DNA of 64,000 bases from a virus (Duplodnaviria; Caudoviricetes). Positions 1 through 11,274 of this stretch are shown here, one piece after another; position 1 is the first letter of the stretch, and the number at the start of each line of letters is the position of its first letter. The translations under genes were made by a program, and so were the position numbers. Below the pieces are notes generated by a model. It ran no database searches. It was given only the letters and a program-made list of their open reading frames with translations, and was not told where the DNA came from. Location of the stretch: the IMG/VR virus record IMGVR_UViG_2562617096_000005. One strand, given 5' to 3'.

Positions 1-1683
1 ATGGCACGAGCAAAAAACAGAGGGTATCAGCAGAGTTTCTCTCCCTCTTACACAATCCGCCGCTGGCGGCTGGGCATTTATATCCGGCTTTCAAAGGAAG
101 ATTTGAAAAAAGGAAAAGACGATAGCAACAGCGTAAAAAACCAGCGTGACCTACTGAACGATTTTTACCGACGCAACATTGACGAGTTTGAAAGTATCAC
201 GGAATATGTAGATGACGGACATACTGGAACGGACGCTAACCGTGAAGATTTTCAACGGCTCTTGGCGGATGTCATGAGTGGTAAAATCAACTGCGTTATA
301 GTAAAAGACCTGTCCCGCTTCGCACGAAATTATAGCGATGCAGGAAGTTTGATCGACAACCTGTTTGTTCAAATGGGTGTTCGCTTTCTCAGCCTTGCTG
401 AGAATGTGGACAGCTACAAGAACCCCGACAGCGTTTCAAATATCATCGTTCCCATTACAAACGTGATGAACGATAATTACTGCTATCAGACTTCCAAAAA
501 GATCCGGCAGGTATTTGATTACAAACGGCGCAACGGCCAGTATATCGGAGCATTTGCTCCTTACGGCTATGTAAAGCACCCAAAGGACAAGCACAGGCTG
601 ATTGTTGATCCCGATGCTGCTGAAAATGTCAAACTCATTTTCACAATGCTTATTCAAGGGTCATCAAAACGTGCTATCGCGTTGTACCTGAACGAACACG
701 GCGTACCGAGCCCCTCGGCTTACAAGGTACAAAAGGGCTTGCCTGTTTCTACAAGAGGGTATGACGATCCTATGTGGGGAGCCCGCATGATCCACTCCAT
801 TCTTACTAATCCGACCTACACCGGGGATTTAGCCCAAGGCCGGAGCCGAGTGAAAAGCTACAAGGTACACCAGATTGAAGCCGTTCCCCGTGAGGAATGG
901 GTGGAAGTGGCTGGAACGCATGAGGCCATTATCGACTATGAAACTTTCGACAAGGTACAGGCTCTCCTACAGCGTGATACCCGTACTTCCCCGAAAGGCC
1001 GTGAGGTACATTTATTCAGCGGCTTTCTGAAATGTGCCGATTGCGGGCGGGCCATTACCCGATGCGTTGGCAAGAACAACAATGTATATTATTCTTGCTC
1101 AACCTACAAGAACCGTTCCCGGACGGCCTGCACCATGCACTCAATCAAGCATGAGCGGCTGGAGGCTGCTGTTCTGTTCGCCGTACAACATCAGGTGCAT
1201 TTGGCTGTTTCCTACTCGGAAATCGTCACACAGATCAATTCCGCTCCAATCAAAAAAAGCCAGTCTTACCGACTGGACGATCTGATAGCTGCAAAAGAGC
1301 GGGAACTGACAAAGATAACACGCTACAAGCAGTCTCTTTATCAGGACTGGAAAGACGGTGAAATCACCCAGCAGGAATACCGGGATATGAAGGCCGATTA
1401 TGAACGGCAGACTTCTGATATTTCCGCAGTGCTTACCCGGCTGAACGCTGAACGCGCAGAACTGGCAAACGGTGTGGACAACGAGCATCCTGCACTGGTA
1501 GCCTTTATGAAGTATCAGAACATTGAAGCCCTCAACCGTGAAATCTTGGTTGAACTTGTGGACTATATCAAGGTCTATGAAAACGGCAATATTAGCGTGA
1601 AATTCAAATTTGCTGACGAGCTCCGCAAGATTGCCGAGTACATTGAAATTAACACTACGGAAGATACCGCAGTAGCGGGCTAA
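1..1683 (+). CDS. Large serine recombinase (resolvase + recombinase + Zn-ribbon + coiled coil)
   Basis: YIRLS catalytic Ser, DDGHTG, KDLSRFARN, APYGY, CADCG Zn ribbon. Confidence 0.95.
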   Translation: MARAKNRGYQQSFSPSYTIRRWRLGIYIRLSKEDLKKGKDDSNSVKNQRDLLNDFYRRNIDEFESITEYVDDGHTGTDANREDFQRLLADVMSGKINCVIVKDLSRFARNYSDAGSLIDNLFVQMGVRFLSLAENVDSYKNPDSVSNIIVPITNVMNDNYCYQTSKKIRQVFDYKRRNGQYIGAFAPYGYVKHPKDKHRLIVDPDAAENVKLIFTMLIQGSSKRAIALYLNEHGVPSPSAYKVQKGLPVSTRGYDDPMWGARMIHSILTNPTYTGDLAQGRSRVKSYKVHQIEAVPREEWVEVAGTHEAIIDYETFDKVQALLQRDTRTSPKGREVHLFSGFLKCADCGRAITRCVGKNNNVYYSCSTYKNRSRTACTMHSIKHERLEAAVLFAVQHQVHLAVSYSEIVTQINSAPIKKSQSYRLDDLIAAKERELTKITRYKQSLYQDWKDGEITQQEYRDMKADYERQTSDISAVLTRLNAERAELANGVDNEHPALVAFMKYQNIEALNREILVELVDYIKVYENGNISVKFKFADELRKIAEYIEINTTEDTAVAG

Positions 1684-1727
1684 CCCCCGCTACAAACCCC
1701 TTTGACAGTGTGTTTTCCTAATAGGCG
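1..1727. mobile_element. Right end of a higher-GC integrative (serine-recombinase) element inserted in the phage RNAP gene
   Basis: Sharp compositional shift near 1727 (GC-richer recombinase vs AT-rich phage DNA). The recombinase is followed by CCCTTTGACAGTGTGTTTTCCTAATAGG, and the phage RNAP frame stops within this sequence. Exact junction is approximate. Confidence 0.7.
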
Positions 1728-2239
1728 CTAATCATATGTAAATAGTCCATAGAAGTATCGTGATGCATATAATTTTTCTTTTCAGGATTGTAATATCCCT
1801 TTTCTTTCGCTAAAAAACCAAAGAAGAACGGCTTAATAACACGCCCTGTATCATCTCTCCGTATCCATTTTTCCTTTAATTTTCTTAACTCATCAGCGAT
1901 TGTAATATCAAATTCTTTTTTTGCAGCATCAATAGCAAGATTGCTTAACACGGCTAACTGGCAGATATCAAAATAGACTTCTTCAATGTCTTTATATTTA
2001 GCTCCATGATTTAACTGATGCCACATGTGAGTTTGAAGTTCCTGAGAGAGATTGATAATATCTCCGATTTTATTTACTGAAGTTTTAATATCTAAATCAG
2101 CTTTTTGCTCCGCTGTGTAGAACCTAGTTGTTTTTTTGGCTTTTACCATATTAGTAGGAACTTTAAATAGCTCATAATTCTTTTCGGCAGCTTTTATAAA
2201 TAATTCATTATTGGTAATCATAATTGTGTCTGAATCGAA
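1718..2239 (-). CDS. YonO-like single-subunit phage RNA polymerase, exon 2 (C-terminus probably truncated by the element insertion)
   Basis: Frame reads FDSDTIMITNN from 2239, completing GAD|FDSD; contains KIGDIINLS and AIDAAKK motifs typical of RdRP/YonO-like double-psi-barrel polymerases. Confidence 0.85.
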   Translation of the reverse strand, partial: FDSDTIMITNNELFIKAAEKNYELFKVPTNMVKAKKTTRFYTAEQKADLDIKTSVNKIGDIINLSQELQTHMWHQLNHGAKYKDIEEVYFDICQLAVLSNLAIDAAKKEFDITIADELRKLKEKWIRRDDTGRVIKPFFFGFLAKEKGYYNPEKKNYMHHDTSMDYLHMISAY

Positions 2240-3241
2240 CGTTTATACCCCATGTCACCATGTATTTAAATGGGCTTAGACTATCTCATCTTCCTCTTGT
2301 CTTCATAATAGAAGAGTAGGAGTCCGGCGCTTCCACATAGAGAATTTCACTCTACATGTACAGACTTCATCTTCTCTGAGAGAAGGTATGTCTTAGTCGT
2401 TACATCTTCAGGAAAATTGCTTTTCCAGCTTGACACGATATTGTCTTTATAAAATTTCGAATAAATAATTTTTAATATATTTTTTATTATTTGCAGATTT
2501 GGAAATATATTCTATCACGGTCCTCTGCGAAAAATTTTGGAATTCTGGGATGGTGTTATTACAATATTTTGCACAATCTTTTATACAGGGAAATATCTTT
2601 TCACTTTTGTTTGGGAAAATTAACTTTATTTGTTTCGCCCTTCCATTTGCACTGCCATGTCGGGCTAGTTTTTTCTTTTCATCAGGATTATTTTTATAGA
2701 ATTCTTTTAGTGTAGTATTTTTATAATTAGAATTATTACTACCGTAGCGTTTATAATGTCCAACTTTTGCACCATGTTGGATATTTTCTTTATGCGATGA
2801 CCATTCAAGGTTATTGACATTATTATTTGTGCGGTCATAATCTTTATGATTTACTTCAGGCAGGTTATTGGGATTTGGCAAGAAGTGCTCTGCAACCAAC
2901 CTATGTATTTTAACAGTTTTTGTTTTTCCTTCTTTACATAGTTTTCCTTGTAAATAACCATCTGAATTTGTGTTAAGTGCAATTAATATTCCATTTCGAT
3001 ATTGTGTAACACCATTTCTTTTTAAAATTGCTCTGTCTTTACTTCTGAGTTTTCCAGTATTACTGATTTCGTACAATTCTTCATATTCTTTTACTTCTTT
3101 CCAAATTTCTTCCATATATTCCTTTCATTTTTATAAAGAGTTTCATCGTTAGCATTCATTATTGAACACACCCTAGATTTCTAGGTTCACCGAATTTTTT
3201 ACTTACAGATTACTCCGTAAGGCGGACTTCGATTTTATCCA
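2240..3241 (-). ncRNA. Group I intron in the RNAP gene
   Basis: Exon 1 ends in U (GAT at 3244-3242) and the intron ends in G (2240). P7 elements ACGACTA (~2400) and AGATAGTC (~2280) on the minus strand. Splicing restores an in-frame DFDSD. Confidence 0.88.
2447..3115 (-). CDS. Intron-encoded NUMOD4-HNH homing endonuclease
   Basis: EIWK...YEISNTG NUMOD4; HRLVAEHF...VNHKDYDRTNNNVNNLEW HNH. Confidence 0.93.
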   Translation of the reverse strand: MEEIWKEVKEYEELYEISNTGKLRSKDRAILKRNGVTQYRNGILIALNTNSDGYLQGKLCKEGKTKTVKIHRLVAEHFLPNPNNLPEVNHKDYDRTNNNVNNLEWSSHKENIQHGAKVGHYKRYGSNNSNYKNTTLKEFYKNNPDEKKKLARHGSANGRAKQIKLIFPNKSEKIFPCIKDCAKYCNNTIPEFQNFSQRTVIEYISKSANNKKYIKNYLFEIL

Positions 3242-5098
3242 ATCCGCACCATTGAGTCTTTCCAATATATTCTCACCAATACTATTTATACATATAATTT
3301 CATCTGTTAAATTGAAATACTTATCAATTAATGCACATTCCACATTATTAGATAATAAGATATTTGAAACACATACGTGAGGCGACCTTGAACCAAGAAT
3401 TTTCTTTCCATAAGGAAATCTTGTGGTATGCACATTTCCTACCCCTAATATTGACTCTCCATAAAATTCACCTATCGTATTAAGAAGTAATTCGTATGGA
3501 TTACCCAACAAAGTAGAGTAGTTACCTTCAATCAGGACATGACCAGATTTTAAATTTCTCTTATATGATTTGATTAACTCATTCACAAAATCCTTATACC
3601 ATTTTGTTTCACAAAACTTATTGTTTAATCCCATGAGTTGATAAATGATTTCATTCTTTGTCTTGAGATTATTCGATTCAAACTCATGCTCATCTGAATA
3701 TTTTACATAATGACGAACTGCGGCAGGTTCAGTTTTAAGTAAGTACATATAATCCAGAGAAGGTTGAATAAATTCTCTCACCTGCTTTTTTGTGAGCTGT
3801 AGCGTATTAATCAACTGGTAGTGACTTTGCACCATTCGTCCATCAAAAAAGTGTGTTTTCTTTTCATGCTTAACAACACCAAAGGTACTGTCGATATTTT
3901 TTAACCACTGTTCAATCGTTCCAAATTTTAGATACTTAATACTACTTGGTGTAGTTATAAGTTTTATATCCTCAATGCTTTCTGCAAGAGTAAATCCATT
4001 AAGTTGACTAATATCACTTATATTATTATCTTTAAAAAATTGTTGAATGTTTGTGTTGAAGCAACACGATTTGAAAAAGTTTTTTCTGAGAAGTATCATG
4101 CCATATTTGTCATAGATACCCATAATAGATTTGTCAATAAGAGATAGTCCATCCCAGATTGAGTTAGATATTTTTACTTGCTTTTCACCTGTTTGTAAAG
4201 AATATTTACCATTTTCTTCTTTCATTTCAGTAGCAATTACCGTATCAGTAAATGTACTCTCATAATCATCTAAGATTAAAATATTTTCTGGTTTAATTTC
4301 AATAGTATCAATAATAGAAGATAGTGTAAGAGCAATATACGCTTCCAGTGCAGCTAAATCAACTTTATCTCCTTCTTTTAATTTAATACCGCACATTTCC
4401 CATTTGTGCATTCGCTTGTATAGCTTTTCATCAATAAATAAACATTTACCAACACGACTGCTTCCAGAAGAACGTTTAAATCGCACATAATGTATTCCGT
4501 TACACCAAAATCCATTTTTATAAAGTTCATATCTTAGATTAGCAACAGAGTTTAATGTACCATTTTTCTTTATTTTATAAACACCATCTTCATAAATAAA
4601 ATTGTCTTTAAGAAGAGTTTCAGGAACTATTTTATCAGGTGGAACGTATATACCTGTCTGTATAGCAATAAGTTCGCCGTTTGCTACGTATACACAGTTT
4701 GTAATACTGTTTTGACTTATTTCATAACCAAATTTTACATATAGATATTTTGGATATTTACATTTACCTTTTTTCTTTTGTTCCTCATTCTCTTTTATAC
4801 TTCCTATTTTATTGTATTCCTTATTAGAATATTTAAAAGTAACATTGATAACTCTATCAGTGTGTTCCATTTCATTGCGTTCATACCATGAGAACCGCTT
4901 ATTGCGATATTCTTTTAAATACACTTCTCTTAATTTTATTAAATCTAAACTATAGTCTAAGGTGTTTTTAAATTTGGCAATATTATATGAACCATCTTTA
5001 CGTTTCAGGTTATATCCCTGTTTAGGATATAAGTAATTAGCAATATAAATATCTTTTGCATCTAGGGATGGAATTTTAATACCATCCAGCTTAATCAC
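3242..5098 (-). CDS. YonO-like single-subunit phage RNA polymerase, exon 1
   Basis: RSSGSSRVGKCLF, WDG, RSPH, ERLNGAD motifs; spliced product about 790 aa. Confidence 0.85.
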
Positions 5099-5312
5099 CT
5101 ACTTTCTTAATTAATTCGTTATATTCTTTTACCCACTCTGGATCAATTTCGCAACTAGCATTAACATATCTTATAATAGCTGCTTTTAATCCTTCTAATC
5201 TCATTGAATCATGTATTTTTCTTGGCAATATACCAAGAGGAGGTTTTTTATTTTCCATTTTCATTGCCTACAATTTCTTCAAATGTTCTTGGAGTATATT
5301 CCATGTAATCCA

Positions 5313-5999
5313 TCATACAACCTCCTTCTCATATAATCCCTGTATTTCCTGTAACGCTGCAATTAGTCCCGGAAGATTTTCATGCTTAATACATATATAC
5401 TCTTCGTTGTCACTTGTGTTTTCAATGAAAATATCTCCATCATTATTTTCAGTTAAATATGTATTAGCATTTGGCTGAATTTTAATAGACTGTCCATCAG
5501 TTTCAATATTGTATATTTTACATTCTGATCCATTGCGCTCCCAAAGAATTAGCCTATCATTTAGTCCTAAACTCTTAGAAAAAGTATGTCCATAAACAGT
5601 AATAATTGCTACACTAGCAAGGGCTGTAAAGTCATCTTTAATATCATCTAAGCAGAAAGCGTAGTCATTTAATTTACTGTTAGCAACATCGAAGTAGTGG
5701 AAGAAGAGGTTACGTTTTTCTCCCATAGCAATTACAAACTTTCCACCTTTAAGTTGTAATAAATATCCCGGCTCAATTTCAAATTTTGTAAATCCTATTA
5801 AATCAGATATGTCAATACCCATTATTTTACAATGTTCTTTGAGAATATCATAATCTTTTATATCATCAAAACTGTAACAAAAGTTAGATGTGTTTTCTTT
5901 TAATGGACATCTGATACAAGGATACCCACTGCATTTTTTGCTTAGTCTTTCTGACATAATTTTCATTTGTTCTAATCTATCCATATATTCACCTCCCAA
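5313..5999 (-). CDS. Hypothetical phage protein
   Basis: Long ORF, co-directional and tightly packed. Confidence 0.6.
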   Translation of the reverse strand: MGGEYMDRLEQMKIMSERLSKKCSGYPCIRCPLKENTSNFCYSFDDIKDYDILKEHCKIMGIDISDLIGFTKFEIEPGYLLQLKGGKFVIAMGEKRNLFFHYFDVANSKLNDYAFCLDDIKDDFTALASVAIITVYGHTFSKSLGLNDRLILWERNGSECKIYNIETDGQSIKIQPNANTYLTENNDGDIFIENTSDNEEYICIKHENLPGLIAALQEIQGLYEKEVV

Positions 6000-6712
6000 G
6001 CTAAATATCCAACACGTATATCAGTATAAGGATATCTGTGCCCTAACTTTCTTTTTGTGTAAGACTCACTGAGCATGAACGGGAGATTTCTACGTTTAAT
6101 ATTTTCTTTATCTCCATTAAAAAGAACCAGTTCTTCATTTGAGATAACAACAGCATTTCCAACAGATATTAAATCACCTGAAGTAGTGCCTTTTTCTAAG
6201 TATTGCACTGTATCCCCTACATGAAGTTGTTCTCCGAATACATCTGTTTTATTTACAGGTGATCCTAATACTCCTAAGTCTTTTCCATTGATTTTGAGAT
6301 GTAAATGTTTATCTGCAACAGGAGCAGAAGTGTCAGTAGATTTATTTTCTCTATTAAATAATCTATCCATTACAACATTTACTCCAGTTTCAAAATCAAA
6401 AGTATCATCAGGATGTAGCTTAGCTTCAGAACGTTTTACGACTTTTCCATTCTCTTTGAGAATAGCAATAGTAGTAGTATCGTCAAGAGTGATGTGGATT
6501 TCTTTATTTGAAATTAATTCAAAGAACTGGTCTGTATTATCTACAGTAAAAAAATGACCAATAGTGTTTTTGTTTTCATGGTCTAATATTTTAATTTTCA
6601 TCATATTACCGGAAAGAATATCCGTTACAATTGCTTTTTTCATATCTTTATTCGTATGTAAATATCGCTTATTAATTCCTTTTATAATGTCACCTTTTTT
6701 AAATTCATTCAT
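5972..6712 (-). CDS. Hypothetical phage protein
   Basis: Long ORF with RBS. Confidence 0.65.
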   Translation of the reverse strand: MNEFKKGDIIKGINKRYLHTNKDMKKAIVTDILSGNMMKIKILDHENKNTIGHFFTVDNTDQFFELISNKEIHITLDDTTTIAILKENGKVVKRSEAKLHPDDTFDFETGVNVVMDRLFNRENKSTDTSAPVADKHLHLKINGKDLGVLGSPVNKTDVFGEQLHVGDTVQYLEKGTTSGDLISVGNAVVISNEELVLFNGDKENIKRRNLPFMLSESYTKRKLGHRYPYTDIRVGYLAWEVNIWID

Positions 6713-6770
6713 TATTTTTAATCCTTTCTTTTTATGTATTATTTGATGTATAACTTGCTATGCAAGTGTA

Positions 6771-6890
6771 ATTGCCCTGTCAGACTGATACCTACGTAAA
6801 GATTGCTAAAGCAACTTTACTACGGGTCTGACGGGTAATTTTTCTCCGTAGAACTCATGTTGCAAAGCAACAATCGTTCTTACTCGAATA
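6771..6890. other. Two tandem long hairpins with TTGC(T)AAAGCAA apices
   Basis: ATTGCCC-TGTCAGAC...GTAAAG-TTGCTAAAGCAA-CTTTAC...GTCTGAC-GGGTAAT, then GTAGAAC...TGTTGCAAAGCAACA...GTTCTTAC. Confidence 0.6.
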
Positions 6891-7044
6891 AATACAATGT
6901 ATTTGGTATTTTTATTTTTTTATTATTATATATTTATATACATATATCTTTTATTAAAGAGGAGTATGCTAAATATATAGTAAATATAAGGTTTTAGAAT
7001 TTACTTTAACACCGTCAAGATTGATACTTGGTGGTAAAATTCAT

Positions 7045-8283
7045 TTAAGCAAAAAATTCATTTAATAAATCTCTCATTCGCTTTGATGGGAGATATAAAA
7101 TTATAGGTTTATCTTCTCTAATTTGGCTTCTCCATATCCATTGAACTAATATTGAGGTAGCGTATTCATCTTGATTTAATTGGATATTATGTTGAGCAAA
7201 GAAATTTTTAATCACTGGATTTAAATAAACATTTACCATAAATGCTAATGATTTTTTGTTAGCATATTCATTTGTTCCTCTTGTATTAAATGGAACAAAA
7301 CATGGATTTTTCTTGCTTCCTGTGTATCCTTTTCCTTTAAGCTTTGATTGATAATCTTTGAATGTTACCCACATATTATCAATCATCAGTGTTTTAACTT
7401 TATTATGGAAATAATTATAAAGATGATTTTTTAATATTTTCATGTGCAGAGAGTTTACATTAGATTTGTACCAAGAGCTGCTTAATGGAATTTTAGATTT
7501 GTATTCTCGTTCACCTATTTGATTTAATTTCTTATCATCAAGAACAGTAATAAGCTGTTTATATTTCTGACGTTCAATTATATCATTTGATTTAGAATAT
7601 GGAGATAATTTTCCGTTTATAAGTGAACAATGTTGATATTCAATATTGTGTAATTTAAAATATGCTTCTTGTATATCGCCTGACCATAGATAGGTGAGAA
7701 TGTATATATTGTTGAAGTATTCAAAAAAGTTCGATGGATAATTCCAGATGAGCTTTACGGGAGTTTTGTCACTATCCTGATATGCCATTAGAGAATTCAA
7801 TTCAGCGTATTTTCTGATTTCTTTAACCCATTTTCCTTTATATTCTTTAGCGTTTTCATTCTCATTATTCCATATTACAAATCCATCATCAGAGATTTTA
7901 ATATATTCATTGTTTAAAATGATTTTGAGGTCGCTTTGAGGTATGTGATATTCTTCAATTACCTGCATTGCTTCATCTAATATTAGATTATAATTTTGAA
8001 CTTGCAATAGATTTAAACATTCTCTATCAATGTTTTTTAATAGAGCATGAGTTGTTACAATATTTCTGCCTGAAGCTACTAACTCTTTAAAATCTGATAT
8101 TTTTCCTCCGGGTTTGTTCCTTGGTTGAAAACCTTTAATGTTTTCTAAGGCAACTTCGTATCTGTTTACTTCACTAAGATAGGGGACGACTATTAAATAT
8201 TGTTGTTCAGGATGAGAATTGATATAGTTAATCATCCATGTTGATTTTCCTGACCCCATTATGGAGTCAATTACTTGTATCAT
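7045..8283 (-). CDS. SF2-like helicase/ATPase (possible origin-binding protein)
   Basis: N-terminal GSGKS Walker A, VTTH, LILDEA Walker B, QWIWRSQIR motif VI-like. Confidence 0.75.
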   Translation of the reverse strand: MIQVIDSIMGSGKSTWMINYINSHPEQQYLIVVPYLSEVNRYEVALENIKGFQPRNKPGGKISDFKELVASGRNIVTTHALLKNIDRECLNLLQVQNYNLILDEAMQVIEEYHIPQSDLKIILNNEYIKISDDGFVIWNNENENAKEYKGKWVKEIRKYAELNSLMAYQDSDKTPVKLIWNYPSNFFEYFNNIYILTYLWSGDIQEAYFKLHNIEYQHCSLINGKLSPYSKSNDIIERQKYKQLITVLDDKKLNQIGEREYKSKIPLSSSWYKSNVNSLHMKILKNHLYNYFHNKVKTLMIDNMWVTFKDYQSKLKGKGYTGSKKNPCFVPFNTRGTNEYANKKSLAFMVNVYLNPVIKNFFAQHNIQLNQDEYATSILVQWIWRSQIREDKPIILYLPSKRMRDLLNEFFA

Positions 8284-8947
8284 TAACTGCTTCCTTTCGT
8301 AAGTAATTATTTGTTATAAATAATATGAATTCTTCGTGCAACATTTGTTTCTCTCTTTGGACATCCATTTCCGATAAATTGATTACATTGATAGAAGCAG
8401 AAAATGAAAATGTGTATCTTCTTTCTGTGTGCTGACAGGTAATATATCCTTTGTTTACTAAGCTAGTAATAGCAGATTTTAATATTGATTCCATCTTCTG
8501 AATGGATAATGTCCGCTGTTCTTGTGTCATTTCTAATGTAGTACCATCAGTATTTTTGAAAACATACTTTTCATTATTGTCAATTTCTACAAGACCTAAT
8601 AGAACACAGATATCTTTAAATGTGACATTGCTAAATTGTTTCTCCGAGCAGTTGTTAATGACTTGAAGTAATATTTGACTTATATATCTTGTATATATAT
8701 TTCTGGGATTTTTATATCTTTTATCTCTTGGTTTTGATAGTGTGAATTTTAATGTTTTCTTATCGTAAACTTCTTTAATAATAAATGCGTGACCACTTTT
8801 TTGATAGCTAATCAATTCTTCGATTTCTTTTAATTGGCGAATTTTTGAATTGCTTGTTTTAGGTTCAATTCCTAAAATCTTACAAAGTTCTTTATAATTT
8901 TTTACTATCATTCCCGGATGTAGTTTACTGGTATCTATTCTTACCAT
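8267..8947 (-). CDS. Hypothetical protein, possibly DNA-binding
   Basis: ORF overlaps the helicase start. Confidence 0.6.
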   Translation of the reverse strand: MVRIDTSKLHPGMIVKNYKELCKILGIEPKTSNSKIRQLKEIEELISYQKSGHAFIIKEVYDKKTLKFTLSKPRDKRYKNPRNIYTRYISQILLQVINNCSEKQFSNVTFKDICVLLGLVEIDNNEKYVFKNTDGTTLEMTQEQRTLSIQKMESILKSAITSLVNKGYITCQHTERRYTFSFSASINVINLSEMDVQREKQMLHEEFILFITNNYLRKEAVNDTSN

Positions 8948-9147
8948 CTCCTTTTATGCGTACAGCTCAGTCAACTGTTTCTTATCTGAATTAGTTGCAG
9001 TAGTGGTTATCTGTGAGCGATTGTTTTGTTCTACCATTATAAGCAATTTCTTACTTATATCTAACGCACCCTTGATGTAATGTAAGTCGCTTTCTCCTGA
9101 AGATACTGTTTCGTAAAATGCTTTATATATTTGATTTTTATTTATCA

Positions 9148-9870
9148 TTATTCTTTCACCTCAAAATAGTATTTTTCAAGTCTTTCTTCACCAATCTCTT
9201 TAATTGCTTGCTGTGCAATTGTATCTGATGTGAAATAGATTTGTTCTGACAGAAATTGGGATACATCAAAATTATCAATCATTATACGGTTTCTCTCATG
9301 GTTAAAATATAGACAATACTTTTGTTCGTCATCGTTGCTCCAATCAATTTCTTTTTCATTGTGTTCCAGAGCAAAACGTTTTAACTCCATAATCACTTTC
9401 TGTCTTTCCAATGCAAATTCAGCCTCTTTTTTTGTTTTAAAGCAGTTACCGATAGCATATCTATTTTTATACATATTTCTATTATCACAAGTGGTTTTCT
9501 CGATATGACCATCGCTGTAACTATAATAATATGTTTCATTTTCTTCTGGTTTCCAAACTTTATTCTTTGGCTTATTAGCTTTCTCAATTAAAGACAGGAG
9601 AGTAGAGCGTTCTTCCGGAGATAAATTCTCCATATTTACTGTAATGTTGTTATTATCCATTTTATTTTCCTCCGTATCTTCAAACATTTCGTCCGTCCAG
9701 CGATAATTACCACAATCACCATAAATCAAATATCCATCACCTCTAATTTCACGTATTGTCTGCTCTCCTTTGAAATTATCCATTGCAGAAACATACACAT
9801 GATGTCCATACCGATTGTCTTTAACTAAATCACTTCGTACTTTAACTTTATCCCCAATTTTATATTTCAT
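9148..9870 (-). CDS. Hypothetical phage protein
   Basis: MKYKIGDKVKVRSDL N-terminus common in phage proteins. Confidence 0.65.
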   Translation of the reverse strand: MKYKIGDKVKVRSDLVKDNRYGHHVYVSAMDNFKGEQTIREIRGDGYLIYGDCGNYRWTDEMFEDTEENKMDNNNITVNMENLSPEERSTLLSLIEKANKPKNKVWKPEENETYYYSYSDGHIEKTTCDNRNMYKNRYAIGNCFKTKKEAEFALERQKVIMELKRFALEHNEKEIDWSNDDEQKYCLYFNHERNRIMIDNFDVSQFLSEQIYFTSDTIAQQAIKEIGEERLEKYYFEVKE

Positions 9871-10447
9871 ATAATTTTTCCTCTTTTGTAATAACTAAAT
9901 TAGAAGGTTTTAAATTTTTTAAATTAGCTTTTATTATTTCTATTACATTTAAGTGTTCCAATGGTTCGAAATAACTCCTGTAAAAAATTGTAACCATGTT
10001 TTTTGTAAAAGCTTTTATACCTTTTATTTCAATAATTTCTTTTGCTGCTGTTTCAATGTATGATTCAGTATTGAAAACCAAAGCAACAAGGGCATCATTG
10101 TCAATTTGGTAGGTCAAACCTCCGTAATCAAAAGATGATGCAATTTTATCTTCATTAGTAACAATATCGACAAGCAATTCTGGAATGTCATGTTCTAACG
10201 TTAGTATTGTCCCATAATTAGAAACAAACCAGTATTTCGGTAAACTGTGTCTTGCCTTGTAGAAAGGTTGCCCCTTAGCTGTTTCCGGCAAATAGCACTG
10301 CCGGAACTCCTCATCATCTTTCGGCTGGTAAATCAAAAGTCTGGGGATTTCCAGCGAAGTTCTTCTATTATTCCATTTTTCAAAAATTTCTTGATAGTAT
10401 TTGTGATTTCTTTTGTTGTTCATGTAATTTGTTTCCTTTCTTTTCAA
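9860..10447 (-). CDS. Hypothetical protein
   Basis: ORF in operon. Confidence 0.55.
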   Translation of the reverse strand: MKRKETNYMNNKRNHKYYQEIFEKWNNRRTSLEIPRLLIYQPKDDEEFRQCYLPETAKGQPFYKARHSLPKYWFVSNYGTILTLEHDIPELLVDIVTNEDKIASSFDYGGLTYQIDNDALVALVFNTESYIETAAKEIIEIKGIKAFTKNMVTIFYRSYFEPLEHLNVIEIIKANLKNLKPSNLVITKEEKLYEI

Positions 10448-10781
10448 ATATCTTCATTATATTTTTTACCTTGTAAAATCTTTTCTAAAGTCCATAAAAC
10501 TTTCTGGTATGCCAGAGCTGTACAGTTCTTCTGGATACATTCTTCTTTGGAAGTCGGAAGATTTTCATAAAGTAAATCAATTTGGTTATTTAAAACCTCT
10601 GTGAATTCTTTGAGGTTGTTTACTATTATTGCGTTTTTATCCATCTAAGTTATCTCCTTTAAATTAGTCTAAAAAAGTAAGTATGTATGGTATAGCAAAA
10701 ATACATAAACATTCTGGCTTACCAGTTATAATCATACCTGCAATTGCAGCAATAGATACTACAGTCCACATAATTCCAAAA

Positions 10782-11234
10782 TCACTCATTTTTCAATATC
10801 TCCTGTACAACAGTATTTACTAACTTTCCATCAGCCTTACCTTTTAAGCTAGGCGTAATTACTTTCATAATCTGACCTTTGTTCTTAGTAATGAGTTCAA
10901 TATTATTTTCTTCTACAAGCTGGATAACATATCTTTCAATTTCTGATTTATCCATCATTGTAGGAGCAATCTCTTTTAATATTTCAATTCTTAATGTGAA
11001 TTCCTCTAATTGTTCCAATCTGTCAGAAGGACAAGTATCTAACATTTCTGTTGCTGTTTTGAGTTCTTTAAGAATAGCAGCATTAACGATTTCTTCTGAA
11101 ATGTTATCCTTACATCCTTTTTCAATTGCCATGTTTTTAGCTGTTGAAAGGACAGAAGAGAGGACTTCTTTTTTTAATTTATTTCCTGCTTTCATTGCAG
11201 TAATCATTTGTTCTCTAAGTGTTTCTATTGTCAT
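10782..11234 (-). CDS. GatB/YqeY domain protein
   Basis: AMKAG N-terminus; GQIMK...LKGKADGKLVN C-terminus. Confidence 0.9.
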   Translation of the reverse strand: MTIETLREQMITAMKAGNKLKKEVLSSVLSTAKNMAIEKGCKDNISEEIVNAAILKELKTATEMLDTCPSDRLEQLEEFTLRIEILKEIAPTMMDKSEIERYVIQLVEENNIELITKNKGQIMKVITPSLKGKADGKLVNTVVQEILKNE

Positions 11235-11274
11235 TTTTATTATACTCCTTTTATTTTTGTGTATATTGTGAAAT

